Source: Hemiscyllium ocellatum (lineage: Eukaryota). From it: a stretch of DNA of 64,000 nt. Below, piece after piece: positions 48,960 to 62,178 of the stretch (its first letter is position 1; each line of letters starts with the position of its first letter). A model generated the notes under the pieces. It saw only the letters and a program-made list of their open reading frames with translations, was not told the DNA's origin and searched no databases. The stretch lies in NCBI RefSeq assembly GCF_020745735.1, contig NC_083409.1:14541873-14605872 (forward strand), given 5' to 3'. The position numbers and the translations under genes were made by a program.

Positions 48960-51000
48960 TAACACAGGACTGTGAGGGGGATACAAGCTTGCAATGTCCT
49001 TTGTTGACCCATGTTGAACATCCTTCTACCTTTACTGCACTTTCAGTTGTCAGAAAAGCTTGATCAGGCCCAGTTTTTGATGATTAAAGTCTTTCAATCA
49101 TACGTAGTCACCAGGGTTGATATTTTTAAACATTGGAGCTCGCTCTTCATCCTTCCCTGGTACTTGATAGGCTACTTTGACCAGTTGATGATATGACTGC
49201 AATGCTTTGGTCAACTTAATCAGGTACATGTGCATTTCTTCTGCCATGATATGCCCATCAACAGGGTGTTGGGGACTTAATGGTGCGGACCAGGGAGTCC
49301 TCAGGAGCTTTCCATATATCCGTTCAGCCGCTGAGAATCCCGTCTTTTTCTATGTCATGGTTTCCTCATATTAAACAGAGCTTTTGGGAATACTTGAAGC
49401 CAATTATGACCAGTTTCTTTCACCAACATGCTGAGCTGACCTTTTTAACTTACAATTGGCTCTTTCTACAATTCCCGCTGCTTGGAGATGGTTGGCACAA
49501 TGGAATTTCTGACTTGTATTCAAACTCTTACATTGTGGGTTGGTTAGCTCCGCACAGAAGTGGGAGCCATTATCAGAAAAGACCGTTAATGGTATTCCAA
49601 ATCTGGGTATGATTTCCCTTAACAGAATTTTACAAGTAGTTGTTGCTGTGCAGTCAGTGCAGGGATAAACTCCAATCCATTTATTAAATACATTGATTAT
49701 CACTCAGCAATACTTATAACAATGGCATCTTGGTGACTGTCTAAAATTTCACTGGATCGTGTCAAAAGGTGCACTTGGCAAGGGAATTTCACCTGGGGGA
49801 CACTTCACTCCTTTCCTGAGATTAATGTTTTGACAAATTTGGCAATTTGAAGCTGTTTGTTTTGATTTTTCTTGCAGGTGGGGATTCCACCAAGTTTGGA
49901 GAATTCTGTCCACCATTCCCTCCTTAACTCCATGTGCATGTATTTGAACATGATCAACTAGAATAGGCAGAAGTGAATCGGGCAGACATGTCTATTCTAC
50001 CAGCGTAACCCAAAGCTTATTGCAGCTATTTACATAACAACCATGGTTCATCCATTTTTGTTTTCATTAATCAGTGGTGTCCCCCTGTTGGATCCAAAGT
50101 TCTTCTAGGTCAGGCAGGGTCGGGGTGTGAGAAGAGGAAATCGGAGAGTCTCCCTTTGGTTTCTGATTCGTCATTTGAGTAACCAGGTCTTTTTGCTCAA
50201 AAGCTGTTTTCTCAGCAGCTGTGTCAGCAGCATTGGTGCTTTTAGTGACATCGGCAGCATCAGAGGAGTGAGCCGAACATTTGACAATTGCCGATTGAAA
50301 GGGAAGTTGATTAGCACGGAGGAGATTAGCAACATAGGCAGCATTGAGGCTCGGGGTTCCTGATGAGATAAGGAAGCTGTGCTGCTGCCAAAGTTCCTCA
50401 TGGGCACATCCAAAGGGAATCAGTATCGATATGAGCTGACTTTCCTTCAGCAAGTATGCAGGCAGGGGTGAGAGCAAGGAGTTCAGCTTGCTGGGCGGGG
50501 CAGGGTGGATCGACGGAATAATCTTCTGTTGGATGGGACAAAGTGACAATCGTGTATCCTGACATGTGTTTGCCCTCTGGAGATATCGAAGAAGAACCAT
50601 CGAATGGAGCGTGGTTAATGTTACAGCAGTATTTAAAGGGGAGAAGTGGATTCTAAAGTAATGAAATCACATAGCAACTTAGATGAGCCACAGTTCGGTG
50701 TTGAGTATGTTTAGAAGTAAGTAAGGATACCACGGAATGCGAGATACAGACTTCTACATTTTGATGTAAAGTTATATTAGAGGCAGCCAATGCCATAGGA
50801 TGGATGGTGGGGAGAATCTGGGTGCAGGAAGGCATACCCTGTGCAACAGGGTCAAGCTTAGTGGAGTGATAGGCAGCAGGGCACCAAGAGGAGCCATGTT
50901 GCTGGGTAAGAACTGCTATAGCACAGGTGTCAAGGATGGAAAAGGGTTTTGTGCAATAAAAGGGCAAACCTGCTGAGGTCCCTGGGGAGGGTGACCAAGA
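48960..51000 (-). pseudogene. pol: ERV pol remnant: RT connection, RNase H, integrase
   Basis: AVLTQQHG..AYHSTKLDPVAQGMPSC; AIVKCSAH..NAADTAA; HAHG..QTWWNP..CQIC; IIPRFGIPLTVFSDNGSHF..GIVERAN; GPDQAFLTTESAVKVEG. Confidence 0.92.
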
Positions 51001-51554
51001 GGTTGCCAGCTGCTTCCACTCCGGCGATCAACCGGGGGCTGCTTTGGGAAAGGGCAGTTCTTGGACCGATGTCCAGGTTGATTACGGTTGACACAAATGT
51101 GTGATTGTTGGGGGACACGAGGGGCTGGGGGAGGTAGTGAAGACTAGTGAGAGGATGTATAAGGGGTAAGGGGCACCGTGGACTGTTGGGGAGGATACAG
51201 AGGAGGACCCCAAGATCCATTGGGATGTTGTGAATCCACGGTACCAGTAAAATGCCACAGACGGTAAATACTAATTAGGAGTCAGGGTTGGAATTGCCAG
51301 CCTGTACATTGACCTAATACTACTCATCGAAATTTTAAATTGTATTCTGGTTGTTTTAAAGTCGAACTGAAATACTTCTCTTGGAAAAACTAACAAGGTT
51401 TCGGTTCTTTCAGCAGGGCATCATTTCTTTTCACCATCTGGTTAAAGAGTACAAGCTGGTTTTAAAAGCAGCAGTTAGATTTGATCAAAATCAGTGGCCT
51501 TAAGTTCCCTTATCAGTGCAATTGTAGCACTCCTAACACACAGGGACAAATGAT

Positions 51555-52172
51555 TCATTGGGGAAAGGCATGGCCCTTAGCACGTTCATCCTCCGAATGG
51601 GGAGGGGAGTTCAGGCGATGTTTTATTTTATGCAGTGTGTTCGCCTTGGCCGTACTGTGGGTGTGTTTTGAGGGGAAACCCGGAGGAAGTCGGCTGACAG
51701 GACGGGAGGCGTAAAATATTTCCTCCTCTGTATCAGTGTCCCATTCCTCATCCGCGGATGGATCAGGATTCTTTAGTAATGGGTCTTTGGGAGAGGTGGG
51801 GTATAAGGAACTGTCTTTGTTGTCAGTCTGGTCCTGCGCGGCTACAGCTGCAGTCTGTTGTTTATTCACCGGTTTCTCATTTCTTTGGGACCCCTGACAT
51901 TTCAGCATAGGTTCTGAACCTTTACTTTGTTTTATTTTCTCCATCGCCAATTCCAAATCATGTGCTTCACATTTGCATTTTAGTTCTGTCCAATCTAGTT
52001 CAGATCCTTCCTCAGTTAATGGACTAATTCCCCTCGTAATACAGTTTTGTCTCCATGATGATTGCACGGCTTTTTCCCATTTTTCCCTATCTACCTTTTT
52101 CCACGCTGATATGGCTTCTTTCTGTTTACTTCCCTTTTTTCCCCAAATCCCTTGTTCACTTTTAATGTGCAC
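51555..52172 (-). pseudogene. gag: ERV gag N-terminal (matrix) remnant
   Basis: 205-aa charged ORF located just after the PBS/leader, with an SSLYP..P late-domain-like stretch; identified mainly by position. Confidence 0.65.
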
Positions 52173-52434
52173 CCATATTAATCCTATTTATTTTAAATCT
52201 TCACAGAACTGCTGATCTACAGGGGCTCCAACCCCACCAAACACAGGGGCCTCTAACCCCACAAGATTCTGTTTTTAGTACGTATTTAAACAATCTCATT
52301 TTGGGTTCCGTCCGGGTACCATGAGAATGAAATGGGGGAAGCAGCACACAAAGAAGCAGGCCGAGAGCAATTGAGACCGACCCTTGGGTGAAGCTCCTCT
52401 TTTCCGGTTTCATTCAAACGCATCCCTTGTTGGA

Positions 52435-52452
52435 ACCCTGCTCGCAGTGTCA
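52435..52452 (-). other. Primer-binding site, tRNA-Ser-like
   Basis: TGACACTGCGAGCAGGGT, 3 nt after the LTR's CA; complementary with a few mismatches to vertebrate tRNA-Ser 3' ends (GAACCCTGCTCGCTGCGCCA). Confidence 0.7.
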
Positions 52453-52455
52453 AAT

Positions 52456-53090
52456 TGATAAAGTACAGATTTGAGATTGCCCAGGGAATCCCTTGTGAAC
52501 TCAACCTGTAAGCCCCTTGGTTCATCCCGGAGATCGTACTTTTGGAAGTCTGGAATAAAACATTAACCTCTTCCAGTTTAATTTTAGTCATCCCCTTAAT
52601 TTACTAATAGCATCACTGTTCCAACATAACACTGACACCTATAAGCCAGGTTGACTGGATTCTAAAAACCCAGGAGAGTAGGATATCGCTCTTCCTTCAA
52701 GAGCCCTGGCAGGTTACTCTGTTGTACTACCACAGACAGGCTACCATTATACGAATGTTTACATACGCTGTACTGTCAAGAATAGGCTTTCTTTGGACAA
52801 AAAGTTAACAAAAGCACTGCTTGTTCTAAATGAGGCAGATAACAGTGAAGGACAATAATTTGGGAGAGAAGTTAATTGATACCAAGTTATTAATTTCACA
52901 AAGGGTCAGCTGTGAATGTTATCACTTGGTGTCCTCTTCATGCAGATTCTCTGATGCTCAGGAAAATGTTCTTAATTGCCTTACCCTCCAGCCTCTCTAT
53001 TTTCTGGTGGACAGTAAATGTGTTCTATAATTCAACATTACATTTTAGTCTAAAGTTTCAGGACAAGTTTTAAGGCTATAGACTTTCTCA
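52456..53090 (-). repeat. ERV 5' LTR (635 bp; lacks ~960 bp present in the 3' LTR)
   Basis: TGATAAAGTACAGATTTGAGA...TTTCTCA termini match the 3' LTR; the junction GTTAATTGA|TACCAAG joins positions equivalent to ~45068 and ~46034. Confidence 0.85.
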
Positions 53091-53318
53091 AACAAAACTT
53101 GAGAGAGCTTGCCCAAGTCTGGTAAGGAGGACTGATTGGCAAACTTGAATAAAGACAAGAATGAAGAAAACATTAATGGACTGATGTGTTCAGAGAGAAG
53201 GCATCCAAGGCAGCACTGGAGACAGACACCAAAATTAACGCTGATGTGTCTGTGTGTTCTTCCAGTACACAAAGGGAGGACTTTTCACTAAGTATCCACA
53301 AGAACTCCAACTCCTCTG

Positions 53319-53756
53319 TTGGGTTTACTGAACAGGGAAAAGCACCAACTCGAGACTCAATTTAAAGTACCATTCCTCGAGCCTCAATCTGAGGAATTTC
53401 ATGAGGAGCACATGGACATTAAAGGAGAGGAACCCAAGGACAATCGTGAGGATAGTGAAGACTTTAACGGAGATGATCTGAAGAGCAGTGATTCAAAGGC
53501 CAATTCTTTGGTTGATATGATACTCTCTTCCTTTGTCAAGGATGCAATTGAACAATTGCAAGAAATCACAAAGTCTGTAGCTGAAAAGGTTTGGCTCACT
53601 AATCAATGATTCCAGTTCAAATTGGATATTGAATCCTGGCCCAGGTCACCTTCCAAGGATCTAGAGGAGGAACACAAGACTGATATCCCATTGGACACAT
53701 TTGAAAGTGATGATGATAAGGAGGAAGTATTATCTTCAGATCTTTGTCCTCGACCT
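53319..53756 (+). pseudogene. CEP350: CEP350 C-terminal large exon remnant
   Basis: FVKDAIEQLQEITKSVAEKVWLTNQ*...DDKEEVLSSDLCPRP|gtaagt (cf. KDTVNQLQQIKK..EKIQLSNQ..EKEEISSPDMCPRP); in-frame TGA at 53607-53609. Confidence 0.85.
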
Positions 53757-54743
53757 GTAAGTACCATGTTTTAACATACTTATAGGATTATCATTATTTC
53801 CCAGACAATATGTCAAAATACAACTCCACTTTTTTCAGCAACCTGTTGCAGGTCATCATTTTTAGAAATTATCCTGAGTGTTCCCCTTTCCCAAGGACCC
53901 TTTACCAAAAGACTATTGTGAGGAATATCTTGATAAATTGTGAAATAAATTTGTGGGTGATAAAATCAAGCAGTGGGGGATATTCTTAAAATTTCTGGTG
54001 TCTCGGTGTTCTACTTTGCCAATCAATTCTCGAAGTATGTGTGAGTAGCCTGATTATTTCTCAAGGGATTTAGTGACCATTTCCACTGTGTAATTATAGA
54101 GTTCAGAACTGAAAGATTGCTATTGAAATTCAAACCCTTTTCCTCCTGCACTTTTCTGACCTTCGGTTCAAGGAAGGCAGTGTTTTTAAAGAGGATCTTT
54201 GAAACTAAGTTTTGAATCATGCTTTTCAATCTCTGGCTTTTTTAGTGCACACACTGTTTTTCTAGCGTAGTGTTCTGAAGCAAAGTCTAGAGACTGAATG
54301 ACCATCTGATTAGAAGAACAGAAGTGTTTATGGTTTGCACATATTAACATTCATTTGGACTAGTAGCATTTTTCATGAAAGTGTTTGACAGGTTCTCATA
54401 CTGTCCATTTCTTTCTGAGCATTCAGTGTAGGAAATCACAAAGAGGAGCTTGGGTCACTTTGATTTGACACAGCAACATCCTGACTAAACTGACACATGC
54501 TCTTCTGATTTGTCAATATTTGTGTTTACCTATAAAATGAATTCCATCCTGTGTCTAAGTCATCAGACATACTCTGAGATATAAAAAGAAGGTTCTCGTT
54601 TGTTTGTCTGCTGTTTTTATGCTTTGATTTCAAAGTTTATTAAAACCATGTATTGTTCATTAATGTTTTGAAATGAATTTCATCACTTTTGTTTCTGACC
54701 TTCAGTTTCTAGATTGACCAACAGTTTGTGTACTTTGCAAAAA

Positions 54744-55122
54744 GGCGGCCTGATGTTTGGCTCACGTGGGCAGGAAGAAGTGGCCAAACACCTGGCAGAG
54801 TTGGAATTGAGTCGTGAGATGCTCGATGACCTGGTAGATGACCAAGATTGATTTGATGAGGACTTTGGGCTGCGCTTTAGCAAAGTGCAGCAGCCAGTGC
54901 AGGAGGCCCAGTCTATGAAGGATATGCCTCTCAAAATCCAAAGGGAACCTCATTTTGCTGTACATCATGATGCTTTAGAGGTTGAGATGATGGTTCATGC
55001 AGCGGCTGAGGAAGTTGCAGGATCTTGGCCACGATCCAGGAGATCTACAAATACTCCCAGACTATCTTGAGAATAATAAATGGAAAGATGTAGAGAGTGT
55101 GAGCAAAAGAGTTTCTTGTGAG
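54744..55122 (+). pseudogene. CEP350: CEP350 exon remnant
   Basis: FGSRGQEEVAKHLAELELSRE..DDQD*FDEDFGL..HAAAEE..DLGHD..VESVSKRV|gtgaga; W>stop and a frameshift. Confidence 0.9.
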
Positions 55123-56493
55123 GTGAGATCCAGCTTTTGCATTTGAACACAAACTTATTTTTTCTCAGATAAACAAGAAAGCTATGGGTTAATAGTGCTC
55201 CACAGCAGCTCTGATTGATGATATGTATAACAGAGCATGTTAAAAACATTCTGATGACTGCATTGAATTCAATTTACCATTTGCCCCTTCTCTAAAAGTC
55301 CAAACCACTTTCTCCTCCACTGTTTGTACACTCCCATTATTAATTTAGCATCATCATCATCATCCTGTTCTTCATTAAATCCCATCTGTCACAACTTTGC
55401 CCACTCTGAGAATCTATATTTTCTGTTTCTATTTACATAATATATGGTGTCTCTTCCAGTCACTCATTTTTTTTTAATTCTTCTGTATCATCTCTGTTTT
55501 TCCATTGGTTGATAATACACTGTATAGTTATTAATCATCTTCTTAAAACTCTCCAGAATCTTATCTTCCACAGGTCACTCCATAATTTTCAGATGAAGAA
55601 AGCCTTAAAGGTTACACTTTTCAGTCTGAATTTGTGCTGTGTTGATGTTCCCAAAATTGACCAAAATATTCTAAGATCTTATGCAACTTAATGTGGCTTA
55701 AATTGTTTGTGTGCAGTTGGAAGAGCCAGGTTTCTTTTAATGACCATATCTATCACTTTAAATGGCCTGTATGTTTGAATACTTTGTGGCATTTTTCTCT
55801 GATCTGATTAGGATCTTACAATTTCAGGTGTAATTCCTTTTCTTATCCACTCAATGTATTACTTCATCTCACTCTGAACTTCAGGAACTGAAGTTAAGAT
55901 GAACTCATCTGTTAAACTGAGAATGATTTGACCTTCCTGAAATGCTGGGTCTGCTGTATGAATCCACGTCAGCCCCAATGTTTATGGTGAGACTTCCCAC
56001 AGCGCTGATCTAGAGTTGTCTGCCTACAGTTTATTATAAAGGTGGAACATTTTTGGAATTTGACTGAGCAGAAGCCTCTTAGAAGATGCTGTTGGCAAAG
56101 TGCTGAACCATGTAATGCAGTGAATCGTTAGGTGAATAATTAATCATTTCTCAGTCTACGTCTGAGGCAAAGTAAAATGTCAAACCTTCTCGCAGTCTGG
56201 GAGTGTTGCATATTCCCTTTAAGTTGTTTTGAATATGCTTTTGGATCTCACTGATTTTGTTCACTTCAATTATCATTACATTTTCAAGCATTCCGTAGAT
56301 TTTTGTTCAATAGAACATGCTTTGAGTTTCATCCAATTTTACATCATTCAGAATGGGGGAAAGAGTCCAAAGGCTCAAGTGTCAAAGGCTTCACTGAGCA
56401 GTTTTGGGCAAGGGTAATGGATTGTGGGTTGTTTTGTCTGTGTATTTAGGGTGTGTGCAACAACTGCCATTTCTCCTGGGCTTCTATCCACAG

Positions 56494-56616
56494 ATCTTCA
56501 TTTCTAATGAGGCTATGAAGTTGTTTGGATTCTACCAAGAGCAATATCAGAAGACAGACTGTCAGAAGATGAAGACATTTGACCGGAGAAAACGTGATTG
56601 TATGGACCATATTTTG
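56494..56616 (+). pseudogene. CEP350: CEP350 penultimate-type exon remnant
   Basis: cag|IFISNEAMKLF..KTDCQKMKTFDRRKRDCMDHIL|gtaagt (cf. KTDWQKMMKFGRKKRDRVDHIL); 123 nt with intact splice sites. Confidence 0.88.
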
Positions 56617-58049
56617 GTAAGTGCTTCAGTTTAGCAACTGTTCAGTTTTATATTGTACCACTGCATCATGATTATGAACACTGCGTCCTACATCTGAATT
56701 TTCTGTTATTTCAAATGATAAAGGCTTTATCTTCAACTTTGTGGTTGAATTGAAAACTTGTCCTCACTGCAGTAATTCGCTGAAAATCAAGGCCTACTTT
56801 TTCTTAGTTGCCACAAAAGTTTTTTAAAAATTCAGAAGTACTTTGAATTCAGTGCAGTTGGCAAAGTAGTGTCATGTGTACTTCTTTAAATCCCAATGTT
56901 TGATTTCACTTTCTCTCGATGTTTCTTTGTCGTATGGTGAATTTGTGAAGAAGACCGAAGCTGAACTCAGTAAAGATCTTGATGTTGCCAGCTCAACCTC
57001 CACCAAACCGCAGATTAAAATTCTGTACTCCACTGCTACTGAGAAGCTAAACTGCTGTCTCTGCAGAAGTACTTTCAGTAATGGATGTTAATTGTGTGAC
57101 CTTATGAAGGGATGCCTCTTGTATTTCTCTTTTATACCCTAGTGGGACCCCTTTTGTCCATATTAGTTGGTGATTAAATGTTTCTTGAGTGAAGGAGAGC
57201 AGTACTTTTGCAGTGATTTTACAGCAGGGAAAAGTGCCTTTTGGCCCAACAGACTCGTGCAGTTATTTAGTCTCCATGCGAGTCTACTCCCAGTTTGTCT
57301 CCTCCCATCAGTGCGTCCTTCTGTATGTTTCTCCCAGAGGTACTTATCCAATTTCCCCTTAAACACATTCATGCTATTCAACTGAAGCATTCCAGGTACT
57401 AGCAAGTTCCATGTTGTCACCTTTCTCAGGGAAGAATGTTTTGTTTTGAATGTCTGATTTGATCCATTAATGTTAACTTCCTGTTCGGGTCAGCTACGCA
57501 AGTGAAAACATTTCTCCCTCCATGTAGTTCAAGCACCTTCATTTTTAAAGTTCTCTATCAAATCTAATTTTCAAAATTCTCTGTCCAATCACTAACTTAT
57601 ACAGTTGATGGTCGGTTCCTGGGTGTGTTGCTGCACAAAGAGACCTCAGGATGCAGGTGTATAGTTCCTTGAAAGTGGAGTTGCAGGGAGAGAGTGTGGT
57701 GAAGAAGGCATTTGGCATGCTTGCCTTCATCGGTCAGAACATTGCCTGTAGTGGTTGAGGCATTGCGTTGCAGCTGTACAGGACATTGGTGAGGCCTCGT
57801 CTAGAATACTGCATACAGTTCTGATCGCCTTTCTATAGGAAGGATGTTAAACTTGAGAGGTTGCAGAAAAGATTTACAAGGATGTTGCCGGGGCTGAGTT
57901 ACAGGGAGAGGCTGAATAGGCTGAAGCATTTTTCCCATCGAGCATTGGAGACTGAAGCGTGTTTGTAGAGGTTTATACAATGAAGAAAGGGCATGGATAG
58001 TGTAAATAGTCAAGATCTTTTTTTTCTCTCATCGTCTGCATAGGGAGTG

Positions 58050-59750
58050 ATTTGTGATCCTCAAATCCCACCGTCGGTGCCATTGTTTCAGGGTCTTTTT
58101 GGACAGCCTCCGCCAGTGCTTCAAGTACAAAGATAAACAGTAGCAGTAACAGAGGACATCCCTGTCAGCTGCTCATCCCCACATGAAAATTGCTCGATTT
58201 AACCCCATTCTTTACATAACACTGCCAATCACCTGGTGAAGGCCCTTCCTAGACAAAAACAATCTAGAACAGCAAAGAGATTCGACCATTCTACCTGATC
58301 AAAAGCCTTTTCTGCCGCCAGGGAGACCACCAAACCCGGAATCATTCTTTGCTGACATAGTTGTACTGTGTTCAATACCTGCCTGATGTTGTTGGAGGAG
58401 CTGCAGCCCTTGATAAAACCGTCTGCTCCTCTTTTATAATAACAGGCAGCACCTTCTCCAGGCTCAGAGCTAACACCTTTTGATAGAATTTTAAAATCCA
58501 TGTTCAACGAGATGGGTCGATACAATGTACAATCCTGAGGGTCTTTTCCTTTCTTTAAAATAAGAGTGATATTAGCCTCTGTAAGAGAGGGCAGAAGACA
58601 GTCCTGGCCATAGGAATGACTAAACAGCTCCAGCAGCGGTTCAGCTGACATGTGTATGATCTCCTTATAAAATCCACATGGGAATCCATCTGGACCAGAT
58701 GCCTTACCACTTGGAGCTGCCTTACCACCTCTTGTACATTTAAAAGGGAGGTCTGATCTGCGTTTATACCAGGGAGGTCCACGTTTTCAAAAAAGGATTC
58801 CATTCTCACTTCTCCATCCCCACAGCCCTCTGACCGGTATAACTCTGCATTGAACTCCCGGAATCTGGCATTGAACTTCCTCAGTTCACAAGTGACCTTG
58901 CCAGTTCTCTCCCTGATAAACACAATGGACTGTGGAGTATTTTCCTTCATAGCCAGGTAAGCCAGGGATCTACCTGGCTTATCCCCATATTTAATCAGCC
59001 TTTGCATTGCAAAGGAAACCCCTCTCTTTGCCACTTGTGTGTGCACTGAGTCCAGAGCAGCCCGGAGAGCCGTGACCCATTGCAGTTTGATCCCGGATGG
59101 TCTGGGATAATATGCTGATTTGGCTGCCTTCAGCCAGGCCTCCAGTATCAGCTGCTGCTGTCCTCTCTGCCTCCTTCTCATTGTCAAGTGTAAAATTGGT
59201 GGTCTCCCAGAGAACTGATGGGTTACTGGCTGTAGCCTGATTGAAGACCCAAAAAACCCTGAACTCCCTTGTGATATACTGTACAAAGTTGTCATCCTTC
59301 AACAGAAATGGATTTGTGTCAAGTGTCTCCTACACTACCTTTGATCTTAACATCTAAATAGACTGCTGCATGGTCTGAAATAGTTATGTTCCCAATCCTG
59401 CAGGCTAACACCAAGTCCAAACAAACCGACGGAACAAAGAACATTTCAATTCTTGTGTGGCACTTGTGCGGGTTGGAGTAAAAGGTAAAGTCCCTCCCAT
59501 TTGGGTGGGGGCACCTCCACACATCCACTCGCCCCAACTCCTCACACAAGTCCACTAACTGTCTAGTCTGCAGAGGTGTACCCGACAGCCGCCTTGGCAT
59601 CCTGTCCACCCCAGGATCCACGAGACAATTAAAGTCTCCTTCTATAAATATATGGCGTACCCCAGGAGCCAATAATTTAAAGACTGCATCAACTAAAACT
59701 TTGAGAGGATGCACCAGGGGGCAGTAAATCGCTAGCCATGACCGCACACT
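58050..59750 (-). mobile_element. L1-clade LINE ORF2 remnant (APE plus start of RT)
   Basis: IEGDFNC..DVWRCPHPNGRDFTFYS..RIEMFF..ISDHAAV; ANITLILKKGKDP..YRPISL; AEKAFDQVEW. Confidence 0.9.
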
Positions 59751-60228
59751 ACAGCCCGCAGTCCCCCGAGAGGAAGAAGCTCATTCAATGTGTGACAAGT
59801 GAGAAAAAAAAGGCTTCATCAAATCTAAATGATTTGTCCTTCAACTGATCTCATGACTTAAATGGGGAATGGTGTCTCTTCAGTTAGGTGATTCAAATCC
59901 ACCAAATCAATTGTCACGTATGCACTCCTTCCATACCAAAAGGATATGTGGATAAAATAGTAGCATGTCTTGCACTGATTTATTTCAAGATTCCTTTATT
60001 CAGTCATATGCTGAAGCTATTCAGTCCAACTTTCTTGTGTTCCCCTTGGATCTGTGGTTGTGCATAAGGAAATTTCCACATGTCCCCTTAAACAATGTGT
60101 GAGTCAACATAACAGTTGTGTTGAATCAATAATTGTAACCCAACTCTGCTCCTTGGGCAGAAAACTAATCCAAGGATTCTAGCTCAGCCTTTAACTTCAT
60201 GTTCAAGTTCTAAATCTTTCAGTAAGCA

Positions 60229-60468
60229 ATGGAAAATAACAAAGAACAATGTAAATCATTTACTGTCTCTCCAGACTCTGCTTCTCTTGCCACTGAGTAC
60301 TCCCTTAGGTTCGATGAGGCAATGACTGAAGATGATATTGAAGAGAAATCCTTCCATCTCCTGCCATCAGAGAGCCATCGCTGCTTTAACATGGGGAAGA
60401 AACGCAGCTAGCAGTATGATTCCGATGAGGACATACTGCAGGATCAATCGGCTTCAATAGCTGTCAAA
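60229..60468 (+). pseudogene. CEP350: CEP350 mid-gene exon remnant
   Basis: ATEYSLRFDEAMTEDDIEEKSF-LLPSESHRCFNMGKKRS*QYDSDED..K|gtgagt (cf. ATEYSLKFDESMTEDEIEEQSFRSLLPSESHRRFNMEKRR); 5' boundary uncertain; TAG at 60409-60411. Confidence 0.9.
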
Positions 60469-62178
60469 GTGAGTTCTCCCATGGGTTCGCCAAGGGTGAG
60501 TGGTGGAGCCAGTTAGTGGGATCTCAGTGTTTGGGTTAGTTGCTCCTCTCCATGTTCTAGGTATCTTGCTATGAGATTCAGATGTAGAGGATGAGGAGCA
60601 GCTGGGGCAATGAGTGTAAGGCAAGCGTTGGGCAGGGGCTGCTTTTTTTGAAAAAAGAAATACCACTCACTAACAATGTTGCCAGAGTTTATAAATCTTG
60701 AAGAGGAATAAATCTTTTCCATTGTTAATCTTTGTGATTGAGTTACCATGTAGTGAAGACAGAGATTAATATTTATTGGGATTCCTTGCTCACCTAGTCA
60801 GGTAAACAAACTAAATTTGACTGCTAAGAATGTTCCTAAATTTACAACTTTCTACTGTACATTAAAGGTAGGAGTAGTAAGATGCAAAAGACAAGTGGAG
60901 CTTGCAGAGGAATTTGATTTGAACGAGATATTTGTGCAGATAATAAGAGATATTCTAATTGGAAGGATATGGTTGGTGATATTCTGCATGGATCTATGTT
61001 GGTGCCCTATCTATTCACGATTCATAATGAAAGGAAAGCCACATTCAAAATTTGGGGCCTCTCTCCAGATTAGCAGCGATCTCGAGTGTCAGTAGATGGA
61101 AGCATAAAATCAGAAAGCAATCTTGATAGATTAAGTAAATGAAAAATCTATGGATGAGTTTGATCGGCAAGTGAGAGGTTGGATCAAAATAGGATATTTC
61201 TTGATTGTGGAAATTGAGACACAATGGAGTTCAAAGGAACTTGGGGGTGATCCAGCTGTATATAGTTCATGAAAATGTCACAAACAGGCTCAGAAAAGTG
61301 ATCAAGGGACCAGTGGAATGTTGGCGTTTATGTCCAAAGAAGACTCGAAAACAAAGGATTAGAAGTCATGCTTCAGCAATTCAAAACCGAGTCCGACCAA
61401 GCCGTCAGGGCTGGGCACCATGGCTTAGGAAGAGTATCACTCTTAGTGGAAGTGCAATGTAGACTAACTGAAGTGATACTTGGGCTCCGAGGCTTAATTT
61501 AAGAAGAGAGATTGAATAGATAAAATGTTAGAGTCAGAACATTGAGGTGTGATATTATGGAACACTTTTACACACAGAAATGGATGAAGTTTGAAACTCC
61601 CTTCCACAAACAGTGATTGATTTGAAATCAGTTACAAATTTTAAATCTGAGATTGGTAGATTTTTAACCAAAATGCTGAAGGATTATGGGACAAAGACAG
61701 GGATTTGTCATGATGTTGAAGATTACCATGATTTGGGTGAATGGTGGAATAGGCTCAAGACACAAAATAGCCTCCTCCTGTTCTGATGTTGGTGTAACCA
61801 TGACACCCTTATTCTCTGTATGTATAACTCCTATTCTGTTTTTGGTTATTTATCAGAACCTGGCAGCAAATTAGAAATTGGAGTCCTGACCAGAAAATTA
61901 TCAGTATGAGGGACTTTGCCAGTCTTAATGTGTTTCACAGATGATGAAATGAGACAGTCAGCATTTACTCATCCTGATAAATATTGGGATAGTTTGATGG
62001 GATCACTTGTGATGCAGCACGATTGGCATATCTGATGCTACTCCAACTACTTTTAATTGTTGTTGTTGTCTGCACTCAGTCCTGAGGTTTTGTGGATTAC
62101 AGGACAAATTTTGCTTGGGTCAGGGGAAGCAGATCACCTCACTCTGTACTGTTTGTCCTCCTGTCTTTCACTGTTCAG

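Larger units (their letters stand above)
44692..53090 (-). mobile_element. Endogenous retrovirus (gamma/epsilon-like), internally deleted
   Basis: LTR-PBS-gag-(RT missing)-RNaseH-IN-env-PPT-LTR order on the minus strand; see the component features. Confidence 0.93.
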
